DNA of 64,000 nucleotides from positions 32,001-96,000 of the IMG/VR virus record IMGVR_UViG_3300021429_002604. One strand, given 5' to 3'. The DNA is from a virus. A model generated the notes under the pieces. That model ran no database searches and was not told the DNA's origin. It saw nothing but the letters and a program-made list of their open reading frames with translations. A program made the position numbers and the translations under genes. Position 1 is the stretch's first letter. Each line of letters begins with the position of its first letter. Positions 17,331 through 26,814 of the stretch are shown here, in pieces.

Positions 17331-19052
17331 ATGAAATTGATTAACGAACAAGAAATCTATGATACCTGGTCTCCGATTATCGAGAGCAAAGCAGGGATCA
17401 CTGATTCAAGCAAAAAAGAGTGGTTGACTAAATACTGTCACTACCATTCATTAAACGAAAGTGCCGGAGCGTATAACTCATTAGGAGTTGTAAACGGTAT
17501 GGGTGCAGTAGCTCCGCCATTATACCCTGGAATGAGTGCATTCACAGGTACAGCTAACGCTGGTTTCTACAACAGCACAAACCAAGGTTCAGGAGATAAA
17601 TTCCCTTCATTGTTACCATTAGCTATTCAGGTAGCTGCTAAAACAATCGGATTTGATATCGTTCCTGTTATCCCTATGTCTGGTCCAACTGGTATCTTGT
17701 CTTACTTAGACTACGTATACGCAGGTGGTAAATTAGCTGGTACAACTGGTGCTGATGCTTCAGGTGCTGATGCTTTAGCTAAAGCTCCTGCATTGATTAA
17801 ATTCCCAGTTTACCAAGGTTCATCTGCAGGTGCAACTGGTGCTACAGCTGGAACATTCACAGTAGGTACTGGTTATACAGTTACTTCTGCTGCTGGTGGT
17901 GTATTAACATTAAAATTCGTGGGTCTATCAAGAATTGATGGTTTCCCAATCTTCGAAGTTGAAGGTGTTACTGCAAACTACACTGTTGCATCTATCATCA
18001 ACGGTACTTCTGTACAAGTTGCTACTGCTACTGGTATGTACACTGGTACTTCTTCATCATCTAACGGTTATGTTGCTCAATTAGTTAAAGCTTTAGAAGA
18101 TCACATCCAAGGATTCTCTGGTGCTGGTTTCAACAACACCAACGATTGGCAAGGTCCTTACGTTGATGGTACTAAAACTTACAACCCAATGTTAAGAGGT
18201 GTTGCTGAGTCTACTTACTACAACTCAATGGGTCTTTCTACTTTCACTAAGTTCGTAGAAGCTGAGACTTTCCAAGTTGCTGCTTCAGTTACAACTGAGC
18301 AAATTCAAGACCTTAACAAACAATTCGGTATCGACGTTATCTCAATGATCGAGAACGCATTGGTTAATGAGGTTTCTCAAGCAATTAACAAGCACATCCT
18401 TTCAAGAGCATTCGCTTTAGGTTGGTCTAACCACATTCAGTTCAACAATGTTGAAAACCAAAACTTGAACTTGAACCTAATCCTTAGCGGTGCTGCTGGT
18501 ACTACATCAAACTACGTTAACAAATCTGATGTTAATGTAACTATGGCATTGCCTGCAGGTCCTGCATCAACTTCTTACGAGAACTTGTCAACTTTACAAA
18601 GAAGACTATTCTCTAGAATTCTTGCAGCTGCAAACGTAGTAGCTAACAGAGGTAGAAGAGGTCCTGCTAACTTCATCGTAACAAACGCTGCAGTTGCAAG
18701 TGCACTTCAAGACATCTCTCAGTTCACTTTCGCTCCATTCTCTAACACGTTGACTCAAAACAACGGTACTTTATACCCTGTAGGTTCGCTTGCTGGTATG
18801 ACAGTTTACGTTGATCAAAACATGAGCTACAGCGATACAAGAGTATTGGTTGGTAGAAAAGGTGGTGATGACGAACCAGGACTTAAATTCATGCCTTACA
18901 TGATGGCTGAGTCTATTCAGACAATCTCTGAAGGTACAATGTCACCTAAGATCGCAGTTAAATCTAGATACGCTCTAGTTGAAGCTGGTATGTTACCTGA
19001 AACAATGTACTTAACATTCTATGTTAACGTGCCTTCAGGTGGTTTAGCATAA
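17331..19052 (+). CDS. gp23: Major capsid protein (T4 gp23-like)
   Basis: WSPIIE, DIVPVIPMSGPTG, RRGPANFIV, MPY and PKIAVKSRYAL; strongly biased codon usage. Confidence 0.95.
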   Translation: MKLINEQEIYDTWSPIIESKAGITDSSKKEWLTKYCHYHSLNESAGAYNSLGVVNGMGAVAPPLYPGMSAFTGTANAGFYNSTNQGSGDKFPSLLPLAIQVAAKTIGFDIVPVIPMSGPTGILSYLDYVYAGGKLAGTTGADASGADALAKAPALIKFPVYQGSSAGATGATAGTFTVGTGYTVTSAAGGVLTLKFVGLSRIDGFPIFEVEGVTANYTVASIINGTSVQVATATGMYTGTSSSSNGYVAQLVKALEDHIQGFSGAGFNNTNDWQGPYVDGTKTYNPMLRGVAESTYYNSMGLSTFTKFVEAETFQVAASVTTEQIQDLNKQFGIDVISMIENALVNEVSQAINKHILSRAFALGWSNHIQFNNVENQNLNLNLILSGAAGTTSNYVNKSDVNVTMALPAGPASTSYENLSTLQRRLFSRILAAANVVANRGRRGPANFIVTNAAVASALQDISQFTFAPFSNTLTQNNGTLYPVGSLAGMTVYVDQNMSYSDTRVLVGRKGGDDEPGLKFMPYMMAESIQTISEGTMSPKIAVKSRYALVEAGMLPETMYLTFYVNVPSGGLA

Positions 19053-19071
19053 TCTTAAACACTTATAATTT

Positions 19072-19105
19072 AGAAACCCTAGGATTTATCCTAGGGTTTC
19101 TTTTT
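19072..19105 (+). terminator. Rho-independent terminator after the major capsid gene
   Basis: 13-bp stem agaaaccctagga/tcctagggtttct, loop ttta, then a T-run. Confidence 0.9.
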
Positions 19106-19113
19106 GTGTGTGG

Positions 19114-19121
19114 GATATATA
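19114..19121 (+). promoter_or_regulatory. GATATATA putative late promoter
   Basis: Lies between the terminator and ORF 19148. Confidence 0.65.
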
Positions 19122-19147
19122 GAAGGTAAAAAACTAATTGTTCAGAT

Positions 19148-20299
19148 ATGAAAAATATACCGTCGTTTAACGAGTTTAAAAAATACGAAGATTTAATTGA
19201 GAAAGTGGACCCTAGATTGGTGCAGGAACTTAAATCTCTTGAGACTGCCGAACCTTACCACACAGTTAACGAAGGCCAGTTGATGAATGTTGTTAAAAAC
19301 AGTCTCTCCAAATTCTTTTTAGGTTCAATGTCAAGAGTTGGTATGATAGACCAGGCTAGAAAAATTATACTGGATCTTGAGCTTGATATAGTTGAAAAGA
19401 AAGATGAGTTCGAAAGATCCATAGAAAAACTTGACTCTCAAATAGATAGCCTAACAAAAATGGGTGACAAGGATAAGATTTTATCTGTTGAGAAGGAGAG
19501 AGAAACTAAAGCCAGAGAAATCGAGGCATATCTTAAAGCACAAAAACTTAAGATCAAAAAATCTAAAGATGTTGCTCTTAAATTAGTTGACGGAAACTCT
19601 AGAAGGAAGGAATATCTTGACGCTGGTTATTCTGAGGATGAGATTGCTATAGCTGAACTTGAATATAAACTTGCTCAGGAAAGAGCGGAAGATCAGAGCA
19701 AATTGAATGACTATAAGGAGAAGGTCGATGCAGCAAGAAAAGAAGCTGAGGAGAAAGCAAGGGATATCAATAACAAGACTGAGAAAGATAATGAGAAAAA
19801 TGAGGCTCCACAGGAGGATCTTTCTGTTGACCCGGAGAAAGAAAAAAGAAAGATAGCAAGCAGAAAGGGAAAGGATCTTATCCAGAGAAAGAATGAGTTG
19901 GAGAAGGAAATAGCTGATCTAAGATCGTCGATTGAAAGAAAATTGAATCAACTAGAATCAAAAATCAGAAGAAACCCAAAGAGTTTAACAGGGAAATATA
20001 TGGAATCAGTAAAGATCGAGTTACTCGAGATTAGCTCAGCATTGGATTCTAAAGAGAATCTGCTTAGATTATTCAGAGGTTTAGGTAAAACCGAAACTGA
20101 AATTTCTCAAGTACTAAGCAAAGAATCAGATTTCACTAAAATTGCCAATAAAATAAACCAAGGTATTGTTGATGGCGAGGACGCTAATTCTGGAACTAAA
20201 AAGATTATTTCTGATCTTTTCTCCCAAGTTAGTTCTGGGAACGAGCAGACTATAAATCCTTCAGAAATTAAGAATGCTAAATCTAAATTAAATAATTAA
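19148..20299 (+). CDS. Coiled-coil putative internal head protein (paralogue A)
   Basis: MKNIPSFNEF N-terminus, charged helical composition, similarity to 20302..21195. Confidence 0.6.
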   Translation: MKNIPSFNEFKKYEDLIEKVDPRLVQELKSLETAEPYHTVNEGQLMNVVKNSLSKFFLGSMSRVGMIDQARKIILDLELDIVEKKDEFERSIEKLDSQIDSLTKMGDKDKILSVEKERETKAREIEAYLKAQKLKIKKSKDVALKLVDGNSRRKEYLDAGYSEDEIAIAELEYKLAQERAEDQSKLNDYKEKVDAARKEAEEKARDINNKTEKDNEKNEAPQEDLSVDPEKEKRKIASRKGKDLIQRKNELEKEIADLRSSIERKLNQLESKIRRNPKSLTGKYMESVKIELLEISSALDSKENLLRLFRGLGKTETEISQVLSKESDFTKIANKINQGIVDGEDANSGTKKIISDLFSQVSSGNEQTINPSEIKNAKSKLNN

Positions 20300-20301
20300 T
20301 A

Positions 20302-21195
20302 ATGACTCTTAAATTTAAAGAATGGGAAGAGCTAAATGAAGCAAATCTTTTTGGTAAGATAAAGGATTGGTTCAGTAGTAATTTCGGAGGATCTCTTAGT
20401 AAAATTGAGGGTCTTCTATACGATTATAAAAAACTGGAATTGGAATTTGTCGACGAATGGCAGGAAATAGCTGTTGAAATAGACAAACTCGAATTGGAGA
20501 AAGGCCAAGCAAAGAATGATCCTGCTGCACTAAAAAAAGCGGAGAGATATATTCAGAGAAACAATGAGGTTTTAGTTAATGCTAAAAAAGCTCACGCTAA
20601 GAAGATAGATCACCTGATGAAGGTGGTCATGGATGTTATTGGTGATAGCAGAAAGCTTCAGAATTTTTGGGAGACCAATAAATCTAAGATTGATGCTGAT
20701 GTTGCTGAGGAGATGTATAAGAGATCGAAAGATCTAGCTGATACAACGGAATCAAGAGATCTTTATGACAAGTACAAAAAAGCGGTATTAGCAGCTAAGG
20801 AGAGGGACCTAGCATTCAGAAACAAATACGGGGATCTTATTAGCAGAGAGGATAAAAAAGAAGAGGCATCGAAATCTAAGGGTTCTGCGCCATCTACGGA
20901 AGCATCTGCTGATCTCTATATTACAATGTCTCTTGCTGATTTTACAAAAGCGGTATCTGATCTAACACCAGCTCAAGCTAAAAGTCTGGTATCTTTGTTA
21001 ATAAAGCAAAGAAATGAGTTATATGTTCAGATGGACATGGAAAGAGAAGCTCTTAATGATCAGATTGCTAATAAAACGGGATCTGGCGCAACTCGTGATG
21101 ATGCAGCTAAGAAGATTAAAGAGATTAGAGAAAAATACATGGAAACCATCAGGGATCTTAGATCTAAAATAACGATAGCTAGAAAAAATGCTTAG
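20302..21195 (+). CDS. Coiled-coil putative internal head protein (paralogue B)
   Basis: MTLKFKEWEELNE; aligns by eye with paralogue A. Confidence 0.6.
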   Translation: MTLKFKEWEELNEANLFGKIKDWFSSNFGGSLSKIEGLLYDYKKLELEFVDEWQEIAVEIDKLELEKGQAKNDPAALKKAERYIQRNNEVLVNAKKAHAKKIDHLMKVVMDVIGDSRKLQNFWETNKSKIDADVAEEMYKRSKDLADTTESRDLYDKYKKAVLAAKERDLAFRNKYGDLISREDKKEEASKSKGSAPSTEASADLYITMSLADFTKAVSDLTPAQAKSLVSLLIKQRNELYVQMDMEREALNDQIANKTGSGATRDDAAKKIKEIREKYMETIRDLRSKITIARKNA

Positions 21196-21445
21196 TTTTG
21201 ATGAATTCAGATTAACCGAGGCTTCTAATAACACAAAAGCTCAAGAAATTAAACTTCAGATTTCCAAAAAATTCGACGAGATTTCTGATGCTAAGAAGGC
21301 TAAAAAATCTGGTGATCCAAATTCAGAAGCTGAGAGTATCGATAAACAGGCAGCTGCTTATTCTGAAATATCAACACTTATGAAATCACTTTCCGCCGAG
21401 ATAAAATCAAATGCAGGCAAAGGCGATTCAACTAATATATACTAA
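21188..21445 (+). CDS. Small putative internal head protein
   Basis: MLSFDEFRLTE N-terminus; tightly packed in the operon. Confidence 0.55.
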   Translation: MLSFDEFRLTEASNNTKAQEIKLQISKKFDEISDAKKAKKSGDPNSEAESIDKQAAAYSEISTLMKSLSAEIKSNAGKGDSTNIY

Positions 21446-21446
21446 A

Positions 21447-23951
21447 ATGATGAACAAGAATCCATATTTAAATAATCTAGTAGCAAGATCCTTATTTGAG
21501 GGACACTACGATAAAATTTTCGAAAACGAGAAGGTAGATGCTTTGTTGAATAAGATTTCCGACAATGCATTGGATGCTTTCAAGATCTTAACATTCGATC
21601 TTGCTCCAGCGAGAGATAGAAATCCTGATATCATGAGAGTTAAACTTTCCGATATCAGCAACTCTAAAAATGTTAAAGAGCTAACTGCAAAATTGCTAGA
21701 TTATGCGGACGATAACGATCTATTAAATTCAAAGTACGCTGAAACTAAGAGACTTTATTTGGAAGCTTTAAAAAAGCTATCTGATGCACTTAATAGGGCA
21801 GCAGAAATAGGTAAGGATAAAGATGAGGTGATAATGAAATCATTTAGAAAATCCCCACTGAAACTCCAGAATTCCTTAGATAATATAGCTAAACAAGCTG
21901 AGGAGGAATTAAAGGCAAAGAAAGTTGATGAGTCAGCTGAATTTTTAGCCGACGCTGTGAATGAGTCAATCTTCACTGGATACAGAGGAAGAGTCGAGAA
22001 TCTAAAAAAACTTCTTGCTAACTTAATTACTTCTTCTGAGGGTAAAGATCAGAGAAGTGGATATGGAAGAGATTGGAAAAGAACTTTTATCGATCTTGAC
22101 GAGAAAAGAAAAGTTCTGGACAACACTAGAGGCGGATTTGGTGAGAAGGATAAGAAAGCACTTGATGAATTAGAAAAACAAGTTGAAAAATTCCAGGAAG
22201 AATTTAACAAGGCAATCATTCAAGCTGCAAACAGATCTCTACAAAATTTAGAGGATGACGAGGAAGTTTACACATCATATTCTGATGTTACTGATCTAGC
22301 TAGTACTGCTTTGGATCTTTTAACTAGAGCTAAAGCACAATATGCTATAACAGCTAAGGAAATCAAAGAAGATCAGATCGCTGAAGAAAACACAGTTATT
22401 AAATCAGTTTTCCCGCTTAAAAGAGGTGATACAGATTCTGATAAAAAGATTAAAGGAAGCGGATTAATATACGCACTTCAGAGTGCTTTGGTTAATGGCA
22501 TTCCAGCCGCGAGTAAGCTTATAAAATCAAAAGGTGGACCTAACGGAAAATATGGACCAGCTACCACCGCAGTTGTATCCACCCTTCAGAAGATGGTTGG
22601 TAATAAAAATACCAGCGGTGAACTTGATAAGTCATTATTGGATGATATCGTTGCATCTGACTGGGTTTCTGAAAAGGATAAAAAAGCAATACAGAAATCT
22701 TTGGAAATCGTTAGAAACAAAATGAATGAGAGCTCAAGTCCAATTATTAGTTTGTCAGATTTCAAAAAACTTTATGAGGGTAAGATTGTTATTAACAACT
22801 CCGATTTCGAAAAAGAGCTAACCACACAATATAAAAATATAGGTGGAACAGTAGGGACTCGTTCGGCTAAGGGAGAGACTCACGAATCCCCAGGAAGAGG
22901 TGGCTCATCATCCGGTGTTAAATCACTGGCTAAAAATCTAAGATCAGCATATAACTTAAAGGTGGAGGATGACGATTTCGTTAAACAAGATGGATCATTA
23001 AGATCTTCTTACAGTCCACAGTTTATCAAAGCTTGGAATACTAGTTTGGAAAAAGTTATGACTGGTAAGAAAGCTGATGAGTATTCATACTTCTTTTTCT
23101 CCGGCGGAGTTTATAATATAAACTTAGCATCAAGTTCATTAAAAACCCCATGTAACTGGAATAAATGGGCGGATGCCAGAGGAATTAAAACATTGGGTAA
23201 CGATGACGCAACAGATTTTGTTGAGAATTATATCAAAGGCTGGACAACATTCGGTATGGTTAGACCAGGATATAGATATGACGGTATTAAGTCACTATTA
23301 AGGGCTAATGCTCAGAATGACGATCTTGATCTAAGCACAGCTTATGAGATGATGGAAACTTCTGTTAAAAACAAGAGTGTACCTTTTATTGATTATGATA
23401 ATCTTAAGGGAGATATTGCTAAAGCATTTGGATTAGCACTACAAAGAGGAGAAAAAAGTCCAGATCTAGGAAAAGAGGAATTTGTTGCAATTAACAATTT
23501 CCTAATTATGATCGCTAATGCAGTTTCTTTTGATGGAAGCAAATTTATCAGCTGTCTAAAATGGATACATGATAATATACTGGGTGAAGCAACTGCAAAA
23601 AGAGTAAAGAGAGATAACATATATGGACTTTCTAGAAATGCTGATGATGATGACTCGGGTAAATTACTAGGATTTCAGGGATCACAGATCATAATAGCGG
23701 GATCTCAAAAACTTGCAGATAAAAAATTAAATAAAAAAGGAGAGATTAGTGAGGATTTACCGGGTATAAAGGTTTTATCTGAAGATGATCGCGGGGGTAC
23801 TGATATACAAAAAGTGCTAGCTAAAAATTGCTATTACATAGGAGCGGATGTTTATCCTAGCATTAAGCTACATGTGAAAAGAATGAATGCTACGAACTTT
23901 GAACAGGTTCCTCAGTCTGCACCATTTAAATGCCAAGAATTTAAAGCTTAA
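21447..23951 (+). CDS. Large helical protein with a peptidoglycan-binding (PG_binding_1-like) domain; putative internal/ejection protein
   Basis: The track start is 21411, but ATG 21447 just after the upstream stop is more likely. FPLKRGD...LIYALQSAL...NGKYGPATTAVVSTLQ..VG matches the PG-binding pattern. Confidence 0.6.
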   Translation: MMNKNPYLNNLVARSLFEGHYDKIFENEKVDALLNKISDNALDAFKILTFDLAPARDRNPDIMRVKLSDISNSKNVKELTAKLLDYADDNDLLNSKYAETKRLYLEALKKLSDALNRAAEIGKDKDEVIMKSFRKSPLKLQNSLDNIAKQAEEELKAKKVDESAEFLADAVNESIFTGYRGRVENLKKLLANLITSSEGKDQRSGYGRDWKRTFIDLDEKRKVLDNTRGGFGEKDKKALDELEKQVEKFQEEFNKAIIQAANRSLQNLEDDEEVYTSYSDVTDLASTALDLLTRAKAQYAITAKEIKEDQIAEENTVIKSVFPLKRGDTDSDKKIKGSGLIYALQSALVNGIPAASKLIKSKGGPNGKYGPATTAVVSTLQKMVGNKNTSGELDKSLLDDIVASDWVSEKDKKAIQKSLEIVRNKMNESSSPIISLSDFKKLYEGKIVINNSDFEKELTTQYKNIGGTVGTRSAKGETHESPGRGGSSSGVKSLAKNLRSAYNLKVEDDDFVKQDGSLRSSYSPQFIKAWNTSLEKVMTGKKADEYSYFFFSGGVYNINLASSSLKTPCNWNKWADARGIKTLGNDDATDFVENYIKGWTTFGMVRPGYRYDGIKSLLRANAQNDDLDLSTAYEMMETSVKNKSVPFIDYDNLKGDIAKAFGLALQRGEKSPDLGKEEFVAINNFLIMIANAVSFDGSKFISCLKWIHDNILGEATAKRVKRDNIYGLSRNADDDDSGKLLGFQGSQIIIAGSQKLADKKLNKKGEISEDLPGIKVLSEDDRGGTDIQKVLAKNCYYIGADVYPSIKLHVKRMNATNFEQVPQSAPFKCQEFKA

Positions 23952-23974
23952 TATCATATTTTTTTAATAACACT

Positions 23975-24004
23975 AAGGAGGGACCAAAAATCCCTCCTTT
24001 TTTA
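23975..24004 (+). terminator. Rho-independent terminator
   Basis: aaggaggga-ccaaaaa-tccctcctt followed by T-runs. Confidence 0.85.
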
Positions 24005-24028
24005 TTTTTATTGTCCGGGATTTTGTGT

Positions 24029-24036
24029 TACTTTTG
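24029..24036 (+). promoter_or_regulatory. Bacteroidota sigmaA-type -7 element TAnnTTTG
   Basis: TACTTTTG(CA) after the terminator and upstream of the kinase-asnB pair. Confidence 0.65.
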
Positions 24037-24077
24037 CATGATATGAAAACAAAATCCGAAAGGACAATATAATCTAC

Positions 24078-24659
24078 ATGGTATACGTATTTGAAGGACC
24101 CAGAAATTCGGGTAAGACATTCCTCTCTAAATTTATAGCTGAGAAATTTGACATGCCAAGGTATCAGTTTGCCTTTGCGGATTATTTTTCTAAACTTAAT
24201 CTGGAAAGTAGAAATAGTAGGGAAGCCCATGCTTTTGCTATGGGTAAGGAACTTATGCTTATGCAACTTTTTAAAGATCTCGATCCTTGCAATTATTTAA
24301 CAGATCCATTCTCTTTCGTACACGATCGCGGGATTCTTACTGTTCTTGCATGGGGAATAATGGAAGGTAGAATAACTGAAAGTGAAATGGAGGATCAAGT
24401 CAAGATGATTAATCAGATGGGTTTAATGGACGAAATTTCCATTATTTTCGTAACGGGTGACAATCCAGATAAGATGGAGAGAAATAAGGATCAGTGGGAT
24501 CACATAGATGGTGACAACAGGGAACTTGAAGCATACAATAAGGTTATTTCAAAATTCGAAGAGCATGGTATAGCAAAAATCTGGAAATTCACAAATCGCT
24601 TTGGTGACGAGTCACTTACAGATATTACATTAATGTTTGAAAATATATTATTTGATTAA
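24078..24659 (+). CDS. P-loop nucleoside monophosphate kinase (thymidylate/dNMP kinase-like)
   Basis: VFEGPRNSGKT Walker A and the (H)DR motif typical of TMK-like kinases. Confidence 0.7.
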   Translation: MVYVFEGPRNSGKTFLSKFIAEKFDMPRYQFAFADYFSKLNLESRNSREAHAFAMGKELMLMQLFKDLDPCNYLTDPFSFVHDRGILTVLAWGIMEGRITESEMEDQVKMINQMGLMDEISIIFVTGDNPDKMERNKDQWDHIDGDNRELEAYNKVISKFEEHGIAKIWKFTNRFGDESLTDITLMFENILFD

Positions 24660-24661
24660 AT

Positions 24662-26077
24662 ATGTGCGGAATACTATTAACAACTAGAGGTAAATCTAAG
24701 CCTGAAATATTAGATTCAATTAAGCATAGGGGAATAGAAAGCTCCAAGGAAACATTTCCTGGACCTACCGAAGTCACATTGTGCCACCACAGGCTACCCA
24801 TACAGACACTCGATGGTGATGACTGGAATCAGCCGATCGAGCTATCCGAAGGGGTTTATCTGATGTTTAATGGTGAGATCTTTAATTATGACACCAATCT
24901 ATTTGAATCTGATACCGAATATCTCTGTAATTTATTTTCGAAATATCAGGGAGGAAATATAGAATTCTTTGCTGCAATGTATGTTCCCCATATTGTAAAA
25001 TGGGATGGATTTTGGGCGATTGTAATCTATAACTCAAAAACTGGTGATGTTATCTCTTTCACGGATCCACTTGGAAAGAAATGCCTTTATCGAAATGAGC
25101 TTGGTGAGATCTGTTCTGAGATAAAGGGTCTTTATACTCAGCACTCCGATATAGATCAAAAGTTTATCAGCTCTGTTCGGAAATGGGGATATAACAAGGA
25201 TAACAGAACAGCTTACACCAATATAAAAAGATTACTACCTAATAACATCTACTCTCATAATATAAATTCTCCGATGTTCGAGAGCATTTATCCCGAGTAT
25301 TACCGAGCATGGGATCTTCCAATCCCTGAATTGAAAGATGCTGATTATGAAGCACACATTAATTGGCTTTGGGATAAGATGTTCGAGAGTGTTGGAAATA
25401 GATTGGTTTCTAGAAACTATCCCATCTCCATATTAGTATCTGGCGGACTTGATTCGTCTATTATAGCTGCCGTATTAAAAGAGATGGAAGCTAAAGTAAA
25501 ATGGTTTAGTATAGAGAATGGAGAAACCCCCTTTATTAATGATTTAAGCGCTCATTTAGACACTCCTGTGACTTTCCTAGACTATGATATGGATTCGGAG
25601 AAAAACGGTCTTATATACGCTCTATGGAACGAAAGTCCGATAGATTTAGGTTCTGTTATACCCCAGTATCATCTTTTTGAAGCAATACGCAAAAATACTG
25701 ACTATAGGATAGTTATAAGTGGGGATGGATCGGATGAGCTTTTTGGTGGATATTCAAGGATCCATGAATATGATTCACAAAAATCTGATACATTTGAGGA
25801 GCTTCCATTCTATCATTTACCTAGATTGGACAAGATGTCAATGGCACACACTTTGGAGCTAAGGAGTCCTTTCCTAAATCTAGATATCGTTAGATTTGCT
25901 ATGCACCTGCCTCTTGAATGGAGAAAAGATAAGAAAATACTAAAAGACACATTTGGTCCAATGCTTCCTGAGTCCATAGTTAATCGAAAAAAAGAGGCTC
26001 TTAAGAATCCTGAAATTAAAGAGGATAAACTGGCATATCGTCAGAAAGCGGTGGACCTTTTCTTATCTATTGCTTGA
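24662..26077 (+). CDS. asnB: Asparagine synthetase B-like glutamine amidotransferase
   Basis: MCGI (Ntn Cys), HRG, HRL, FNGEIFNY, SGGLDSS, SGDGSDELFGGY and DKMSMAHTLELRSPFL. Confidence 0.9.
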   Translation: MCGILLTTRGKSKPEILDSIKHRGIESSKETFPGPTEVTLCHHRLPIQTLDGDDWNQPIELSEGVYLMFNGEIFNYDTNLFESDTEYLCNLFSKYQGGNIEFFAAMYVPHIVKWDGFWAIVIYNSKTGDVISFTDPLGKKCLYRNELGEICSEIKGLYTQHSDIDQKFISSVRKWGYNKDNRTAYTNIKRLLPNNIYSHNINSPMFESIYPEYYRAWDLPIPELKDADYEAHINWLWDKMFESVGNRLVSRNYPISILVSGGLDSSIIAAVLKEMEAKVKWFSIENGETPFINDLSAHLDTPVTFLDYDMDSEKNGLIYALWNESPIDLGSVIPQYHLFEAIRKNTDYRIVISGDGSDELFGGYSRIHEYDSQKSDTFEELPFYHLPRLDKMSMAHTLELRSPFLNLDIVRFAMHLPLEWRKDKKILKDTFGPMLPESIVNRKKEALKNPEIKEDKLAYRQKAVDLFLSIA

Positions 26078-26102
26078 TATTAGAATATTAAGATCTTCCT
26101 TG

Positions 26103-26110
26103 GATATATA
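26103..26110 (+). promoter_or_regulatory. GATATATA putative late promoter
   Basis: Intergenic, 20 nt before ORF 26131. Confidence 0.65.
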
Positions 26111-26130
26111 GTTTAAATAATTTCATAGGA

Positions 26131-26799
26131 ATGTCAAAAATAAAAAAATTCGAAGATTTTTCATATGAGCCTGAACCTATCCAGGAGGGCTTCATGGATG
26201 ATGTCACTGGTGTAATTGGAAAAATGATCCCATTCCTAGGCACGGGGTTCATTAAGACTGTTAAACAGAAATTAGCAGCTACCCTGCTTGAAAAACTAGG
26301 TATCCTTGAAAATTCAGCAGCTTCTGTGATTGTGCAGGAATTAGTTGACTCGATAGAACTGAAAGAAATGCCAGGCCTATTGACAGGAGAAAATGCAAAT
26401 GCCGAATTTTTGGCACCAAGATTAGCTCAGGCTGTACAGGAATATATTCAAAGAAAAGGTTTCGATTCTCTATATGTTCCGTTTGGTATAGATCCTAATG
26501 GATGGTTAGCTTCAACCATAAGAGAAAGCTTCCAAGAAGAGATTGGTAAGGAGAGATTAACTGCTTTCTTCCTAAGAGCACTTGGAGGTGAATCGGTAGG
26601 AAAGGATGTTTTAAATAAACTGGATCCTAAAAGCAAAGAGCAATTCAAAGACGCACTAACGCAGCAATTAGCTAAAGAATATCCAATTAAGGGCAAGGAA
26701 GGTTCAGGATCTTCTCAATCAGGAGGATTTATGGATACACTCGGAGCAATCTGGGATGGATTTGCAGGTGGAGCAAAAGAAGTAAAAGCTGGATCTTAA
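26131..26799 (+). CDS. Putative internal head protein
   Basis: MSKIKKFEDF...IQE N-terminus; late motif upstream. Confidence 0.55.
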   Translation: MSKIKKFEDFSYEPEPIQEGFMDDVTGVIGKMIPFLGTGFIKTVKQKLAATLLEKLGILENSAASVIVQELVDSIELKEMPGLLTGENANAEFLAPRLAQAVQEYIQRKGFDSLYVPFGIDPNGWLASTIRESFQEEIGKERLTAFFLRALGGESVGKDVLNKLDPKSKEQFKDALTQQLAKEYPIKGKEGSGSSQSGGFMDTLGAIWDGFAGGAKEVKAGS

Positions 26800-26814
26800 T
26801 AAAAAATTTTCAAT

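Noticed and set aside
21411-21446. Track start at 21411 for the 846-aa ORF
   Set aside because: It overlaps the upstream gene; ATG 21447/21450 just after that gene's stop is more plausible.
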